Source: a virus
DNA: 64,000 nt
Direction: 5' to 3' (one strand)
IMG/VR virus record: IMGVR_UViG_3300042904_000308
Span: 51,173 to 115,172 of that record
Part shown: positions 21,966 to 34,258 of the stretch, in pieces
How positions within the stretch are numbered: position 1 is the stretch's first letter
How the letters are laid out: every line of letters begins with the position of its first letter
Position numbers and translations under genes: made by a program
Notes under the pieces: generated by a model
The model's input: the letters and a program-made list of their open reading frames with translations, nothing else
Told to the model about the DNA's origin: nothing
Databases searched by the model: none

Positions 21966-24707
21966 TTACCCCTCCTATCGAACCGCTGCCCATACCACGG
22001 ACGCGGCACTGAACGCCCACACGAACACCCAACCATACTCCGCGATCAGGTTCATGTCACTGCCTGCCTCCTCACTAATCCTCGGTGAAGTGTCGTTATG
22101 TCTCCCTATTACGACAGCACTACCCGCCGTTCTGTGCCTTTGTTCGATCTTCGATGAGTAGGCCATCGTGATAGATCGCCGCCGACTGATATGCCCCACT
22201 CACCCACAGGATGCAGAGTGCCGCTGCTGTCATACGTACCCGCGTACTTAGCCGTATCGTGGGGTAAGGAAACATCGTATCGGCGCGATCCTCCCACCTG
22301 TCGTCTGAGAACTCCTCGACCGTTCGTTCCCCGTCCTCGGTGACTCTCACTACTTTCCACATTAGCGGAACCTCCCTTCCTGTATCAGGTGACTCACCAC
22401 CTGATTCTCGACCTCCCGCTGCACCCGTTCGAGCAGGTACCCCACCGACTCATTGACCTCCCTCAGTGAAGTCTCTGGCGACACGCCTCGTGGACCGTTC
22501 TGGAACTCGAAGTCCTCCAGTGCCAGCACGACCAGCCGCTCGATCAGTTCCTCCGTTAGCTCTCCCATACGCCTGCTCCACTGATCCCGAGCCGCGTAGA
22601 CGTCGAGCCGTGCCTCCTGCTGTGTACTCATGCCTCTCTCCTATCTGGTGTACAGATCGTACTCATGTTGCCAGTCGGCAATCTCTTCCTCGGTCCACAA
22701 CGCAGGATTCGAGCCAGTGCCGACACACATGGTGCAGTTCTGGATGTAGGTGCTGCCGTCGGGTCGCGTGACCAGTCTCCATCCCTCTCCGTTGCAGACG
22801 GGGCACTCCTGGGGCACAGGCTCGGGCACAGGCTCCTCGTGCATCTTCTCGACGCACTTGTATGACAGCTTCCGCAGTGCGTCGATCATATCAGGTGTGA
22901 ACATCGAACGTGCCCCTCTCTCCACTAATACGCTGCCATCGCTCGGCAGTCCTCGATGAACTGCTCCCGCTTGTCCTCGGGAAACAGCTGGCCGAAGAAC
23001 CAGTAGCGGGACTCCCACCCCTGCTCCTCGTTGATGCCGATGAGTTCGTTGGTGAGCCGAGCCATCGCGTGCAGGTGTGTGATGCTCAGGTTGATGTTGT
23101 TGTCGGCAATCGCCTGCTGGTAGCTCTGCAATGCCTCGCACGCCTCGCCGTGTACCGTTGCGTAGTCTCGCACGCTAGTCCTCCTCTCCTGCCCACGCCT
23201 GGGCCGACAGTCGATCAATCTCCGCGTTGTAGACCTCTCCCATCACGTCCCATGCGAACGATGTCAGCGCGATAATCGTGACCACATACTCGCCACGCTT
23301 GGGGAATAGAATCATCGCCTGCTTGTAGACGATGCAGTTTGAGCCTTGAAACTCAGGCGACTCAAACGGGAAAAAGGGCTCTTGATTGTATGACCTGCAC
23401 CGCTTGTTGACTGCCTCCATGAATCGCTCGTACGCCTGCGAACCGCCTGTAATCTGCGCCCGTAACGTGTGGAACGAATACCAACCGTGTGAATGGTTCA
23501 TGTTTTCCTCCTCTATCTGAGCCTCTAAGCCAACATTGCGGTTTCTTCGTCAAGAATCTCTGATGTCCCGTCTACAAGAAACGGTCGAGGAAGATCGTCG
23601 CAAGCCGTAACCTCGTAGACGCATCCAGACAGCTGCTTCGTGATACGCACCCATCCTTCTGTCAAGGTACACCACACCTCCTGACCGACCTGAAAATCGC
23701 ACATGCTTCCTCCTCTACTGACAGTAGCAGTACGTCGGCGTGCTGGGATATGCGCTGGCAATCTCCCCGCCTGCTATGACCTCGTCGCGGTACGCTGTCG
23801 CTTCGTCCCTGGACCCCCATCCAAGGCTCACCCACTGCTCGTTGCGCCACACCATGACGCACCATGCGCGGTCACAGCTTGGTACATTCCTCAACATTGG
23901 TTCCTCCTCTACGATACCCTCTACTCTAAGGGCACGATGCAGGGTGCCTTGACACCCTGACTCGTAACCTCAGCTGTTTGCTAGCCGCCAATTTCATATG
24001 CGATGCGGTTCAGTGGTTCTCCGTTGGACCGCAGTTCAACCACGGCAAGATTCTCCTGGGTCTGTCGCCCGAGCTTGTCGATGACCTCCTTGAGGTCCAT
24101 CCCGTAGGCCTCTGCGGTGACGTCGCCCGTCGTCTGGTCGATGAGCTTGCCGCAGTACCCCGCGTAAAATTTCGTCAGGTCGATGTAATGCGTCTGTTCC
24201 ATGCTTTCCTCCTAGCTAAACGGTGGACCGTCCCACGGCTCCTGCATACCCGCCTCTACTCTACAGACCTCGCACCAGCCAAGGGGATCAGCTGAGTGGC
24301 GCAGGGCCAGGGAGAGAGTGTCATGCGCCACGATGAACCCGTGATCCTCGCACACCGTCTGCCAGCGGCCCCCAGCCGTGTCAAGCATCGCCTCCTCGCC
24401 ATCGTAGACCGCCACGATGCGGCCCGTCTGCCGCGCTCGTGCCCACTTCCTCAGCCCCGCATGGTCGGGCCAGTTTCTCATCGCCAGAACCTCCCTCAGA
24501 GCGTTGACTTGTCTTGGTACCGCCCGAGCCACGCTCTCGCATCTGCCAGACTTCGATGAGCGTTTTCCAAGCGTCGGGCGTCTCTAGCAGAAGCATCGAA
24601 CGATGGAAGACTGTCGCGTTCCGCCTGTGCCGCCCTCTTTATCTCGGCACTGATGCGATCTATCTCTTCTTGCAGCCGAGAAATGTCCTTGCGAGATAAC
24701 GCTCGAC

Positions 24708-24905
24708 TCATCGCCAGAACCCCCCGTCGCTGTAGACGTTGATGAGACGGTCGCCCTCGTACACCTGCGCCTGCCCCCCGTCCTGATCGACCCACGCTTG
24801 CGCCTGGGCGTAGGCATCGAGCAGGGTCGAATACTCACGCACCAGCCCCCTCAGCGTTATCCATTGTCCACGCTCGTTGAACCCGAAATGCTTGACCTCG
24901 AACAT
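24708..24905 (-). CDS. hypothetical protein, paralog of 33414-33608
   Basis: Shares EVKH.GF..G.W.TLR..VREY.TL.DAYA.A..WVD..GGQAQVYEG.RL.NVY..G.FWR with the second copy. Confidence 0.75.
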   Translation of the reverse strand: MFEVKHFGFNERGQWITLRGLVREYSTLLDAYAQAQAWVDQDGGQAQVYEGDRLINVYSDGGFWR

Positions 24906-26016
24906 TGTTCCTCCTCCTATGCTTGTGGGTACGCCTTTGCGACGTCCCTACCCTTATGGGTCAGCAGCACCTTGAGATTGCTGAGGCTCAGGCTTTCCCG
25001 CTCGTACCGCGCCCTGGCCTGGGCCTCATCGTCGTACTGCGCAAAGAACCATGACGGTCGATCCGACCAGACCCCCGAGGGCGCGAGATAACTGACCGAC
25101 CACTCTGTCACCCTAATCTTCATAGCTTCTCCCCCAGCACGCCGTTGCCGTGGAACGTTATCGTCCTGTAGTGACCACTCGCCACAAGGTGCCTGTTGCG
25201 CTTTCCCGCTGCCTGCTTGACTGCCTGGAACGCCACGAGAACCTCCAGCCTCGTGACGGTTCGCTCGACCTCGCTCCGCCGATTCTCGTTGTGTGCCCAG
25301 CACGCCATCCTGTGAACATGGGAAGCGGCATCGACCTCCGCCTGCAACCGCTCCCCCTCCTCGTCCAGATGCTCCCACACGGCGTCAGTCTTGTTCGTCA
25401 TCCTCCCACTCCTCGTCGTAGCCGTTGATACGGTCGGCTCGAAGCTCCATTTCCTGCGCCAGCTTCGCCAGAACGTGTTCCCGCAGCTGCCTCGTCAGCC
25501 GCTTGACCCCGTAGTGATTGCAGATCGCCTCCCTCGGCGCGTAGACGATGCCTGCCAGCCCCGCGTCCCACGGACAGGTGAACTGGCCCCTCGGCGTGGT
25601 CGTGGCACAGAGGGCCACCCCGCCATGCACGTAGGCGTAGACAGGGAGCGCCACCCCGCGCCCAGGCTCGTTCAGATAGGCGACCGTGCCGCTGATCGTG
25701 ACCTGTGCCCGTGCAGGCAGCGTGTCCACGAACCGCTCCAGGTCTGCATCGACCGAAAAATATCTGCTGGTCGTCTTGCCGTAGAACGTTCCGATCATCG
25801 TTGTGCCTCCAATACTGTTCGTGCCTCGTCCCATTGAATCCACCCGTCGCGTAAGTCCTCGGTTAGCTCGGCAATCAACCCCCTTTGCGTACCCTGCGGT
25901 GCCGTTACCTGCTGCCTCGTGACCTTCCCTGCAATGCGCAGCGTGCGCAGGATCACGAATCTCCCCTGCGCGTTCGTGGTGGCCTTGTATGTGACCCTCA
26001 TCGTGACTTCCTCTCT

Positions 26017-26337
26017 CTACCCTAACACTCGCTCGATCAACGTTCGTGCCCTCATCGACGGCTCCCGCGTCAAGAAGCCCTTGCCGCGTGCTGCCTCGTA
26101 AGGAACGGGAGTCTCAAACTGAGCAGCTGTCACATCCAGCACCTGACCGTCGAGCGTCCGCAGAAACCAGTGTGACGCCCCCTCGTGCCTCACGTGCATC
26201 GGTGTATCGACCCTGCCCCGTAGATGGTACAGAGCTTCACTAGCCACGTAGCAGTGCCCCGCCAGCGGATGGCTTCGACCCCTCCATTCAGGCCGCAGCA
26301 GATCAGGCGTGAGACGTGCAACAACCGCGTCAACCAT
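26017..26337 (-). CDS. papain/transglutaminase-like fold protein
   Basis: GHCY...HWFL...LDVT gives a putative Cys-His-Asp triad. Confidence 0.5.
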   Translation of the reverse strand: MVDAVVARLTPDLLRPEWRGRSHPLAGHCYVASEALYHLRGRVDTPMHVRHEGASHWFLRTLDGQVLDVTAAQFETPVPYEAARGKGFLTREPSMRARTLIERVLG

Positions 26338-26858
26338 CGTGACTACCTCTCTCTACCCTAACACAGATTCCAGCGTCTCGACCGCTTCGAGCATGTTCGC
26401 CCGAGCTTCCTCGATCTGCGCCAGCAGCCGCTTCGATACCTGCCGCCTCCCCCTTGCCTGGGCCTCTACCGACTTGAATCTCGATGCCGCATCAGCCGCC
26501 TTACGTCGAGCCGCCTCGATGCGCTCCGCCTTCTCGACAGCCTCCCGCTTCCGCCGTCGCTCGACGCGATCCCTGATCCGCTGTTGATCGAAGTCCGTGA
26601 AGAAACCCTCCAGCTGCACCGTGAACCTCCTCTACCCTTCCATTCCCGCTCGGCTTTCAGCTTCCAGTTCCAGCCTGTGAGCTTCGTCATAGCCCACCCA
26701 AATCTGCACGGTGCGTCGAATGCCGCGCTCCATGAACAGACCCCGATCTTCGACAACCCTGCTGTCCTCCTTCATGTCCCGAAACGCCCCAGCCCACAGC
26801 TTCAACAGTAGCTCCCGCTGCTCGTTATCCACGCCTGAACCTCCTCGCTAAACCAATC

Positions 26859-26978
26859 GGTGGAGCTGGGGGGAATCGAACCCCCGTCCAGACCACGAGC
26901 CACCCTTATAGAGTGGATGGGCTTGTTTCTGTGCGCGTTCTCGCCCGTCCCGTACCCTGTCGATACCATGACAGCCCC
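26859..26978 (-). ncRNA. ssrA-like: miniature tmRNA (tRNA-like domain intact, mRNA-like domain reduced)
   Basis: 5' GGGGCUGUCAUGGUAUCGAC and 3' GACGGGGGUUCGAUUCCCCCCAGCUCCACC. Acceptor stem GGGGCUG/CAGCUCC has G3.U70 and A73. It also has a T-arm and a P2-like stem, and is only 120 nt long. Confidence 0.85.
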
Positions 26979-27753
26979 AGGTGAGGCCCAGGGTCGGGCC
27001 TCGATGCTTACTTGACTTCCGTCGTGACACTGCGAACGGTGAGTCCCTTGAACCAGTCCTTGAGGTCATCGTCGTGCTGGAGAAAACTGGCAAAATCTCT
27101 CAGCAGTTCGTCGAAGGGATACGGCTCATCCTCGGCCATACCCCACGCCCCCACAGCCTTGCGTTTGTTGTAGGTGACGTTCAGCGTGATCGTTGCGCGT
27201 GCCATCGTGTTACCCTCCTACTCGCAGATGCAGAACGACTTCATGTTCCCACAGAACAGGCACTCGTCGGGATGAGACTCGGCCAGAATGATGCACGGCA
27301 CGTCGTAGAAATACTGCGCCAGCACCTTGACCTCGTCCAGCCCGTCGTACGCGGCCTGAGCCTCCTCCTTCGTCTCGAACGTCGTTACCTTCTCGTCAGT
27401 GAGAACCGCGTACCACATTACGTCCATCGTGTGACCTCCTCGTGTGAATCGCCAGTCCGTTTCTCCCTACCCTTGCAGGGGTACCTTCGTGAGCGAGTAC
27501 CGCTCCAAGAGAGAGTCGCGATATTCGTCAATTTCTTCGTCTGTCAGGTCGTCGTAGACCTCGACCTCCTCAGTGACCCCCTCTCCAATCTCAGCGTTCA
27601 TTGCCGCCACAGCTGCCGCCTCGTTCGCGTACACCCCCACGACATGCACAATGTTCTCGTCCTGGTTCTCGTACATCAGCACCACTACATCCATCGTGCG
27701 ACCTCCCGCCTGCTTGTGCAGGCACGTTCTACCCAACGCCTGAGCCTCTCGCT

Positions 27754-27806
27754 AGGCATCAGGCAGGGCCAGCCGCTGTCATTCAGCCGCCCTGCTAGGT
27801 GCCTAC
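27754..27806 (-). repeat. intergenic hairpin element, copy 1
   Basis: Plus strand AGGCATCAG-GCAGGGC..GCCCTGC-TAGGTGCCTAC. Confidence 0.85.
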
Positions 27807-28455
27807 CTCTTACCCTCTACCCTTATCGGTTGTATGGGGCATCCATGAAGATGACCTGATGGACGCGATTGCAGGCCTGGCACCTGTAATGCCCCTGCCA
27901 GTCAGAATCTTCTGGCGGTCCATCGGGCATGTCGGGATCATCCCCGTACCAGTCGAAGGTGTGTGGGTCCGCCGCGTAAAACCCGCTACCCTCGGCAGTG
28001 TTCCCGCACTGGCAGCGGTAGCCATTCATCTGCTGCGCGTAGATTCTCTCCATTGTACCGTGTCTCCTCTCGGTGAAATGCTGCCCCTACCCTTAGGGCA
28101 GTTCTTCCCAGTTCTCTTGTTCGATCATGCTCAGTCCCGACGCCGCATCCTCAGCCAGCACGTCGGCTGCGATCTTTCGGAACAGCATGTCGGCCTGGGC
28201 ACCTTCCCGCGTCACTCGCGCACGCACGTTGTGAACGGCATAGCTGACGTGCAGCTGTTCCGCCACACCCTCCGCGCAGGTTGCCTCTAGCGATTCACGC
28301 ACCCCAACGCAGGCGTCACGGAGCGACTCGCCTCCCTTCACGACCCCGACGATCAAACGATCCAGTTCCCACAGGTATCCCGTCACTGCTACCTGATCCA
28401 TGACTACCTCCTCGAAACGCTGGCGGGAGCCACGATTGACCCCCGCCCCTGAGCC

Positions 28456-29700
28456 TCACCACTCGATAACAGCCGCCCGAGTGATGTATGTCTGCTTCTG
28501 CCCCTTGTACTCGCCGTGCTGCTTCACGGTCGCCTTCAACACGACCGTGTGCCCCGTGTCGTGCGCCCAGTTGAAGTTATTGCTCGACCGCCAGACGACC
28601 ACGTTGTTGTCGTCGTCCGTGAATCGGATCATGTACGTGATCCCGTAGTCGCCTTGAAGCTCGATGCAGCCCACGACGTTCAGGGTGAACACGTCGCGCT
28701 TCCCGACCTCACCAACCCACTCGCTCGGGTTGGCCTCCTCAGCCTCCCGCTTCCGCCGCTCGACCTCGATGCGCTCGACCTCCCGCAGGTAGGCCTGCAC
28801 CAGACTCGCCACGATGCCGCTGTTGCGACCCGTAACCTCGTCCAGGCTGCTCGCCGTGCGCAGGTTGTAGAGGTAGTCGTTCTGCACGTCGGCGGGGATC
28901 GCTCTCGCCCACTCGACGGCCTTCGTCGCCAGTTCCACGTCGGCCTGCCCGACCGAGAAGCCGTCCCGCTCCATATCCGCGAAGGCGTCCTTGTTGTAGC
29001 CCATCGGCCCGACGACCCACACCCACGCCTGATCCGCAGTCGCCTGCCTGCCAACCCCGTAGCGTGCCTCCGTGCGGGAGAGCCAGCCGTACATGCGGAT
29101 TGCCGCCGCACAGATCGCCACGTAGCCGAACGTTTCCTCGCCCCGCTCGAAGCCCCCGCCTCCCCCGCCGAAGCCCTCCTCGGCCTCCTCGCCCAGCCCT
29201 CGAAGCTCGTCGAGCCACTGAGACTGGGCCACCAGATGCTCGGCGCTCGTGCTGCCCACGAAGTCGGCCAGACAGTTCCGACCCACCTGGGCGTAGCGCC
29301 CGTCCTCGTGCTGGATCACAAAGACCTCTTTGCGGTAGCGGTTCGAGTGGCAGTGGTCGCACGTCATGTCGCTCGTGCGGTACCGCTGGGGTACCTCCAC
29401 GTCGCCAGCCGCTCGGATGATGTTGCCTGCCTCGGTCGGCTCGATGGTGGCGATGAAGCGCCAGCCGCTGAGACGCACAGGCTCGGCGTTGAGAATCTCG
29501 ACCTCGTACCACTTCCGTCTGTACGGGTAGACCTCGATGCCAAGCTCGTTTCTGACGGTCGTCTCGTACTCACGCAGCACCCGAAGCTCGGCCTCCACGC
29601 AGCCCAGCTTCCGCGCCCGTTTGTTCAGGTCGTCCAGCTTGGCCCTCAGCCGCCCCATGTTCACCGCAGGAACAGTGAACGTTCGCTGCTCGTCGCTCAT
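28456..29700 (-). CDS. conserved phage protein with Zn-binding motif and C-terminal OB-fold-like domain
   Basis: CDHC...VGRNC and a C-terminal WVGEVGKR...LKATVKQHGEYKGQKQT. Confidence 0.6.
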   Translation of the reverse strand: MSDEQRTFTVPAVNMGRLRAKLDDLNKRARKLGCVEAELRVLREYETTVRNELGIEVYPYRRKWYEVEILNAEPVRLSGWRFIATIEPTEAGNIIRAAGDVEVPQRYRTSDMTCDHCHSNRYRKEVFVIQHEDGRYAQVGRNCLADFVGSTSAEHLVAQSQWLDELRGLGEEAEEGFGGGGGGFERGEETFGYVAICAAAIRMYGWLSRTEARYGVGRQATADQAWVWVVGPMGYNKDAFADMERDGFSVGQADVELATKAVEWARAIPADVQNDYLYNLRTASSLDEVTGRNSGIVASLVQAYLREVERIEVERRKREAEEANPSEWVGEVGKRDVFTLNVVGCIELQGDYGITYMIRFTDDDNNVVVWRSSNNFNWAHDTGHTVVLKATVKQHGEYKGQKQTYITRAAVIEW

Positions 29701-30177
29701 TTCCGCCCTCGCTTTCCCTGCTCGTGCTTCACCGTGTCCATATCGTCACGGTTGTACCGCTCGATCAGCAGCCAGCAGTCCTCGCTGCCCTCTACCCTAT
29801 AGAGCCGCTGAACCTCGGTCGCCTTCGCCAGCGTGATCCCCTCGCCGCCCCGCGTCAGCCGCTCGACGCAGCCCGAGTCGCAATAGCTCTGCGAGTCGCC
29901 CATGATGAATACCGCCATCGTTCCCTCCTCTAGCCTTGCAGCCTGAGACTTGCTGCCGCCGACCGAACGTTCTCCCACGCCTGCCACCCGAAGAAAAGCT
30001 CGATATGCTCCTCCAGGTGCATTAGCTCGACCGCACAGGCCCGAGCCATGCCCTCGTATCCAGCCGCCTCGTGTTCAACCCTGCGATCTTCCAGCAGCGC
30101 GACCTCGTGCAGTGCCTTGTCGAACTGTTCCCTTGTCATGCCCTTTGTCCTCCGTTCCTGAGTCAGATACCCGAGTC

Positions 30178-30223
30178 AGGCATCAGCGAGAGGCCCAGGC
30201 CTGAGCCTCTCGTAGGTGCCTAC
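30178..30223 (-). repeat. intergenic hairpin element, copy 2
   Basis: AGGCATCAG-CGAGAGG..CCTCTCG-TAGGTGCCTAC; contains the TAG stop of ORF 30220-30333. Confidence 0.9.
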
Positions 30224-31797
30224 CCCAACAGAAACCACACGACCGCCGCTATGATCCCCAGTAACCAGAACGGCACGTTCAGCCGCAGCCACAGGTGCTT
30301 GCCCAGCAGCCACACGTTGACGTGAATCGTCATGCTCCTCCCTCCCGCTGGTACGCCTCGATCTTCGCCTTCGCCGCGTGGTAGATCGCCTCTAGCACGT
30401 CGAACGGAACCTCGATGGACTCGTTCGGCCAGTAGTCATCGTCAGCCGATGAGTAGTATTCAACCGACACGTTGAACGCCCCGTCACTGCTCATACGCAG
30501 GGACGCCTCAACACCCGCGACCTCCTCCGTCTCTGGTCGCTCGTACAGCCCCCGCTCCGTGGTCGTGTTGAACTCGACTGCCTCTTGCAGCTTCGCCTGG
30601 TCGATCATGCCTACCCTCTACCCTTCCACTGATTCAGCTGCCAGACCTCTCGGTGCGCCACGCTGTAGAACTTCCAGAACTTGCCGCTGTCCCTCGTCGC
30701 TGCCTTCGTCAGGTGCAGCGAACACATGTAGACCGTGCCATCGTCCGCCGAGGCAATCGAGCCTGCCGCGAACCCTGTGTTGGCCTGCCGCCTGCACTGG
30801 CGGATGTCGTCGCGCCTGCTTCGCCGCCTCACCGCGCACTCACACTGCACCATCTTGACCTCCGATCAGACCCCGCTCGACTGCCGCCCTGTGCAGCCCC
30901 GCGAACGCCTCAAAATGTGCCGTACACCGATCAGTCACGTACTTGGCGGCATACTCCGAGCGCCACCGCAGCAGCTGGGCCTCAGTCGCAAGGTGCCCCA
31001 GCCCGAGCCATACCAGCATCCCCGCTGTCGCCTGTGTCTTACCCACGACGTACCTCCTCGACCTCGCTAACCGTCCAACCGCACTCCTCCAACACAGCCT
31101 TCGTCGCCTCGGCATCGCTGCGATACATGAATCCGTACACATACGGTCCCTGCGGATTGTCTGGATGTGACGCCTCGATGGTCCAATTGTTGAAGCTCGC
31201 TACCCATGCCGTCTGCATCGTTTCCTCCTGTCATGCCCCTAACTTACCACGTCGCCGCCAGTGTCGCCTCCTGACAACCACAGACCGCCGTCTGCTCGGT
31301 GAAGTAGTCCACGAGTGCCTGCCCCGCGACCTCGTCGGCCAGCATGACCTGTCGGCAGTCCTCGTACACCGCGCCCTCGATGCTCCCGAAGAGCGCGAAC
31401 CGCGCCAGCGCATTGTTCCGCGCATCGCTGTGCAGGTGCGCCAGTTCCCTCATCCGCCGCTCTCGCTCGTTCATCCCTGACTCTCCCTCGCTCGCCGCCG
31501 CGCCTCGTCGCCCAGGCGGACCCGCTCATAATCGACTTTTATCATTGCCGCTTTCGCCGCGTCATACCGCTGCACCCAGTCCCGCACTGCCTCCTCGCTG
31601 ACGCCCTCCCGCAGCAGGTTGATGCCCTTCTCTGCCGTGGCGTAGTCCATGCAGCAGGCCACGACCGAGCCGTGAAACCTGACCTGTGGGTGTGTCTTGC
31701 CCGTCAGGATGCACGGCTTCATGCTGACGGGCCAGTTACATTCGATGTGGTACTCGCGTTCCATGTTGACCTCCTCTACCCTATATCGTGCCTGTGC

Positions 31798-31843
31798 AGG
31801 CATCAGCGAGAGGCCCAGCCCTGAGCCTCTCGTAGGTGCCTAC
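31798..31843 (-). repeat. intergenic hairpin element, copy 3
   Basis: Nearly identical to copy 2; contains the TAG stop of 31840-32052. Confidence 0.9.
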
Positions 31844-32907
31844 TCGACCTCCACCGTGTACGTCTGCCGCGTCTCCGTCTCGCCGTCTGCCGTCATCCTC
31901 ACCACGTATTGCCGCGCCCCACTGCCGCGAGGAAAGACCCGCATCAGGGTGAGTGCCGCCGTCTGCCCGATTGTCTCGGCCATCTGCTCGTCCTCGACCC
32001 TGTCCAGCATGCGCTCTGGCGCGTCTGGCTGCTCCAATGTGATCGTGAACATGCCTACCCAACCTCCACTTCGTCTGGCCCCAGCTGCACCAGATCGAGC
32101 GTGACCCGCTCGCCCACGAAGTAGGGATCAATGTCTGCATTGCCCGTGTACTGCACCCCGTCGAACACGCGGCAATACTTCGCTAACGCCTCCCACGCGG
32201 CCTCCTCGCTCGAATGCAGGCTGACCAGATGGCCGTCCTGCGCGAACACTGGAAAGATTCTCATTGCCTGCCCTTTCGCTACGCTGGCGGGTGCCAGATC
32301 GACACCCACCCCAACCCTGAGCCTCTACCCGTACACCTTCCCCGTTATGTGGACCTGGGCGACGTACTCTGCCGCCTCTGACCGCTTGTCGAACGTCAGG
32401 ATGGCGGGGATGCCGTGGTCATCGTGAATGGGCATCCAGCCCCACGGTGACTTCAACACTCGGCCCCGCGAGTGCCCATCATCGCCGCCAATCGGCTGAC
32501 CGTCGATCAGCACATCGTAGAGCGGCGGAGCGCCCCTGTGCGCCCATTTTTTCATGGTGACTTTCATGCTCTCGGCCCTCCTACCGTCATGGTGCCCCGT
32601 TGACACCCCTCTACCCTTAGAGGTTCCAGCCCGTGATAATCGCCCTACTCGCATTGAGTTCGGCCCCGAGCCTGTCACCGTTCAACGCGCACTGCTCGGC
32701 ATCGAGCGCCATCCCTGCCGACTGTCCAGCCCTCTCGGGGTTGATGCAGTCCTTCGCCGCACGGATGGCCTGTATCACGTCGTGCCACATCCCCGCCTGC
32801 GCCTCAGCTGCCGCCATTTCTTTGTTCGCTGTCGCCAGCGCATCGTTGAGCATCCTGTTCAGCTGCATCGTGTCCTCCCTGTCGTGTGCCTAATCCGCTG
32901 CCTGTGC

Positions 32908-32952
32908 AGGCATCAGTCAGCGGCCCTGGTCGAGCCGCTGATAGGTGCCTAC
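32908..32952 (-). repeat. intergenic hairpin element, copy 4
   Basis: Inner stem TCAGCGGC/GCCGCTGA; contains the TAG stop of 32949-33095. Confidence 0.9.
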
Positions 32953-33413
32953 CCGTCAGCCTCCTCCGCGTCACAGACCTCGGCGCAGCCCTGCGTACAC
33001 TGCTCCATGTCGGGCGAAACCTGCTCACAGACTGCCCCGTCGGGCCACGAACTGTGCGTGTCCCAGCACGCATCCAAGCATTGATTGCACGTCATACCGC
33101 TACCTCCTCAGGTGCCTGCCCTGCGGCCATCCTCACGCATACCAGCCGTTGAACTGCTCGCGAATCTCTGCGGCTGTGTGTCTGCTGGGGTCGCCTATCG
33201 CCTGCCCTCGCCCTTGCAGGCACAGCACGCATACGGCAGGCTCCTCGTCCAGATTGACAGCCGTACTATCCCAATCGAACCAACGTTCGCACTCAGGGCA
33301 TTGGACGACGCCGCGTTCAATGTCTAGTTCGAAGGTGCCGTCATCCCGCCGATGCGTGGTGTTGAACCAGACGTAATTCTTTGCCATTGCCTCTACCTCC
33401 TCAGGTGCCTGCC

Positions 33414-33608
33414 CTATCGCCAAAACTTACCGTTCTCGTAGACGTTGACGAGCCTACTGCCCTCGTAGACCTGTGCCTGCCCTCCCTCGCTATCCACCCA
33501 ATACCGAGCGAATGCGTAGGCGTCCGTCAGTGTCGCGTACTCCCTGACGTTCGCCCGTAGCGTGGTCCACTTACCGTTAGAGAATCCGTAGTGCTTCACT
33601 TCGTACAT
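33414..33608 (-). CDS. hypothetical protein, paralog of 24708-24905
   Basis: Clear amino-acid identity along the whole length. Confidence 0.75.
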   Translation of the reverse strand: MYEVKHYGFSNGKWTTLRANVREYATLTDAYAFARYWVDSEGGQAQVYEGSRLVNVYENGKFWR

Positions 33609-33647
33609 GACTCACTCCTTCGATGTGCCTGCCTTGCGGCCATCCGC

Positions 33648-33689
33648 AGGCATCAGCCAGCACCCCGCAAGGTGCTGGTAGGTGCCTAC
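33648..33689 (-). repeat. intergenic hairpin element, copy 5
   Basis: Inner stem CCAGCACC/GGTGCTGG. Confidence 0.9.
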
Positions 33690-33952
33690 CCGTTGACCTC
33701 CTCTACCCTTACCCCCCAATCAGGCGATACCGATAGTCCGCCCGATACTCGCTAACCTGCTCGACCTGAGCGACTAGCACGCTGTCAGCGTCCCACACGC
33801 CCCGAGCTATCACCCGCTGCCGCGCAGCCTCCGCCCCTTCGATGCTGCTGAATTGTCGCTCCCACGCGGTCCCGAGGATGTCGCCGCTCTCCAGCCTGTA
33901 AACGATTGCGTACATGGTTCCTCCTCCAAGTGCCTACCCTGCGGCCATCCGC

Positions 33953-33998
33953 AGGCATCAGTCAGCGGCCCGAACCCGAGCCGCTGATAGGTGCCTAC
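33953..33998 (-). repeat. intergenic hairpin element, copy 6
   Basis: Inner stem TCAGCGGC/GCCGCTGA; contains the TAG stop of 33995-34164. Confidence 0.9.
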
Positions 33999-34206
33999 CC
34001 TACCTCGCAGTGGCGGAGCGCATCGGGGATATCGTTGAACTCCTCGACGGCCCGAACGATTGGCGCGGGTCCACTGTGTACGGCAATCGTGCAGTCAGCA
34101 CCCGCCCCGTACGCTGTGAAGTCAGCACCGACCAACGCCAGCAGCAGTACCAACAGTTCGAACATGGTTTCACGCCTCCTATGTGCCTAGCTTGCAGCCA
34201 ACCTGC

Positions 34207-34258
34207 AAGCACCAGTCAGAGGCCCAACCCAACGCCTGAGCCTCTGATAGGTGCCTAC
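34207..34258 (-). repeat. intergenic hairpin element, copy 7
   Basis: AAGCACCAG-TCAGAGGC..GCCTCTGA-TAGGTGCCTAC. Confidence 0.85.

Larger units (their letters stand above)
19146..26832 (-). other. early region: ~25 small hypothetical CDSs
   Basis: Co-directional 60-170 aa ORFs with strong AGGAGG RBSs (e.g. 19721-20242, 20556-20903, 20903-21202, 22362-22631, 23175-23501, 24212-24532, 25385-~25798). Confidence 0.6.

Noticed and set aside
26859-26890. ssrA fragment as just an attP core
   Set aside because: att remnants normally carry one end only. Here both termini and a pairing P2 helix are present, 28 kb from the recombinase. A secondary att role is not excluded.
33620-34000. Hairpin elements as hammerhead ribozymes (CUGAUG between stems)
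   Set aside because: They lack CUGANGA, the GAAA strand and a proper NUH cleavage junction.
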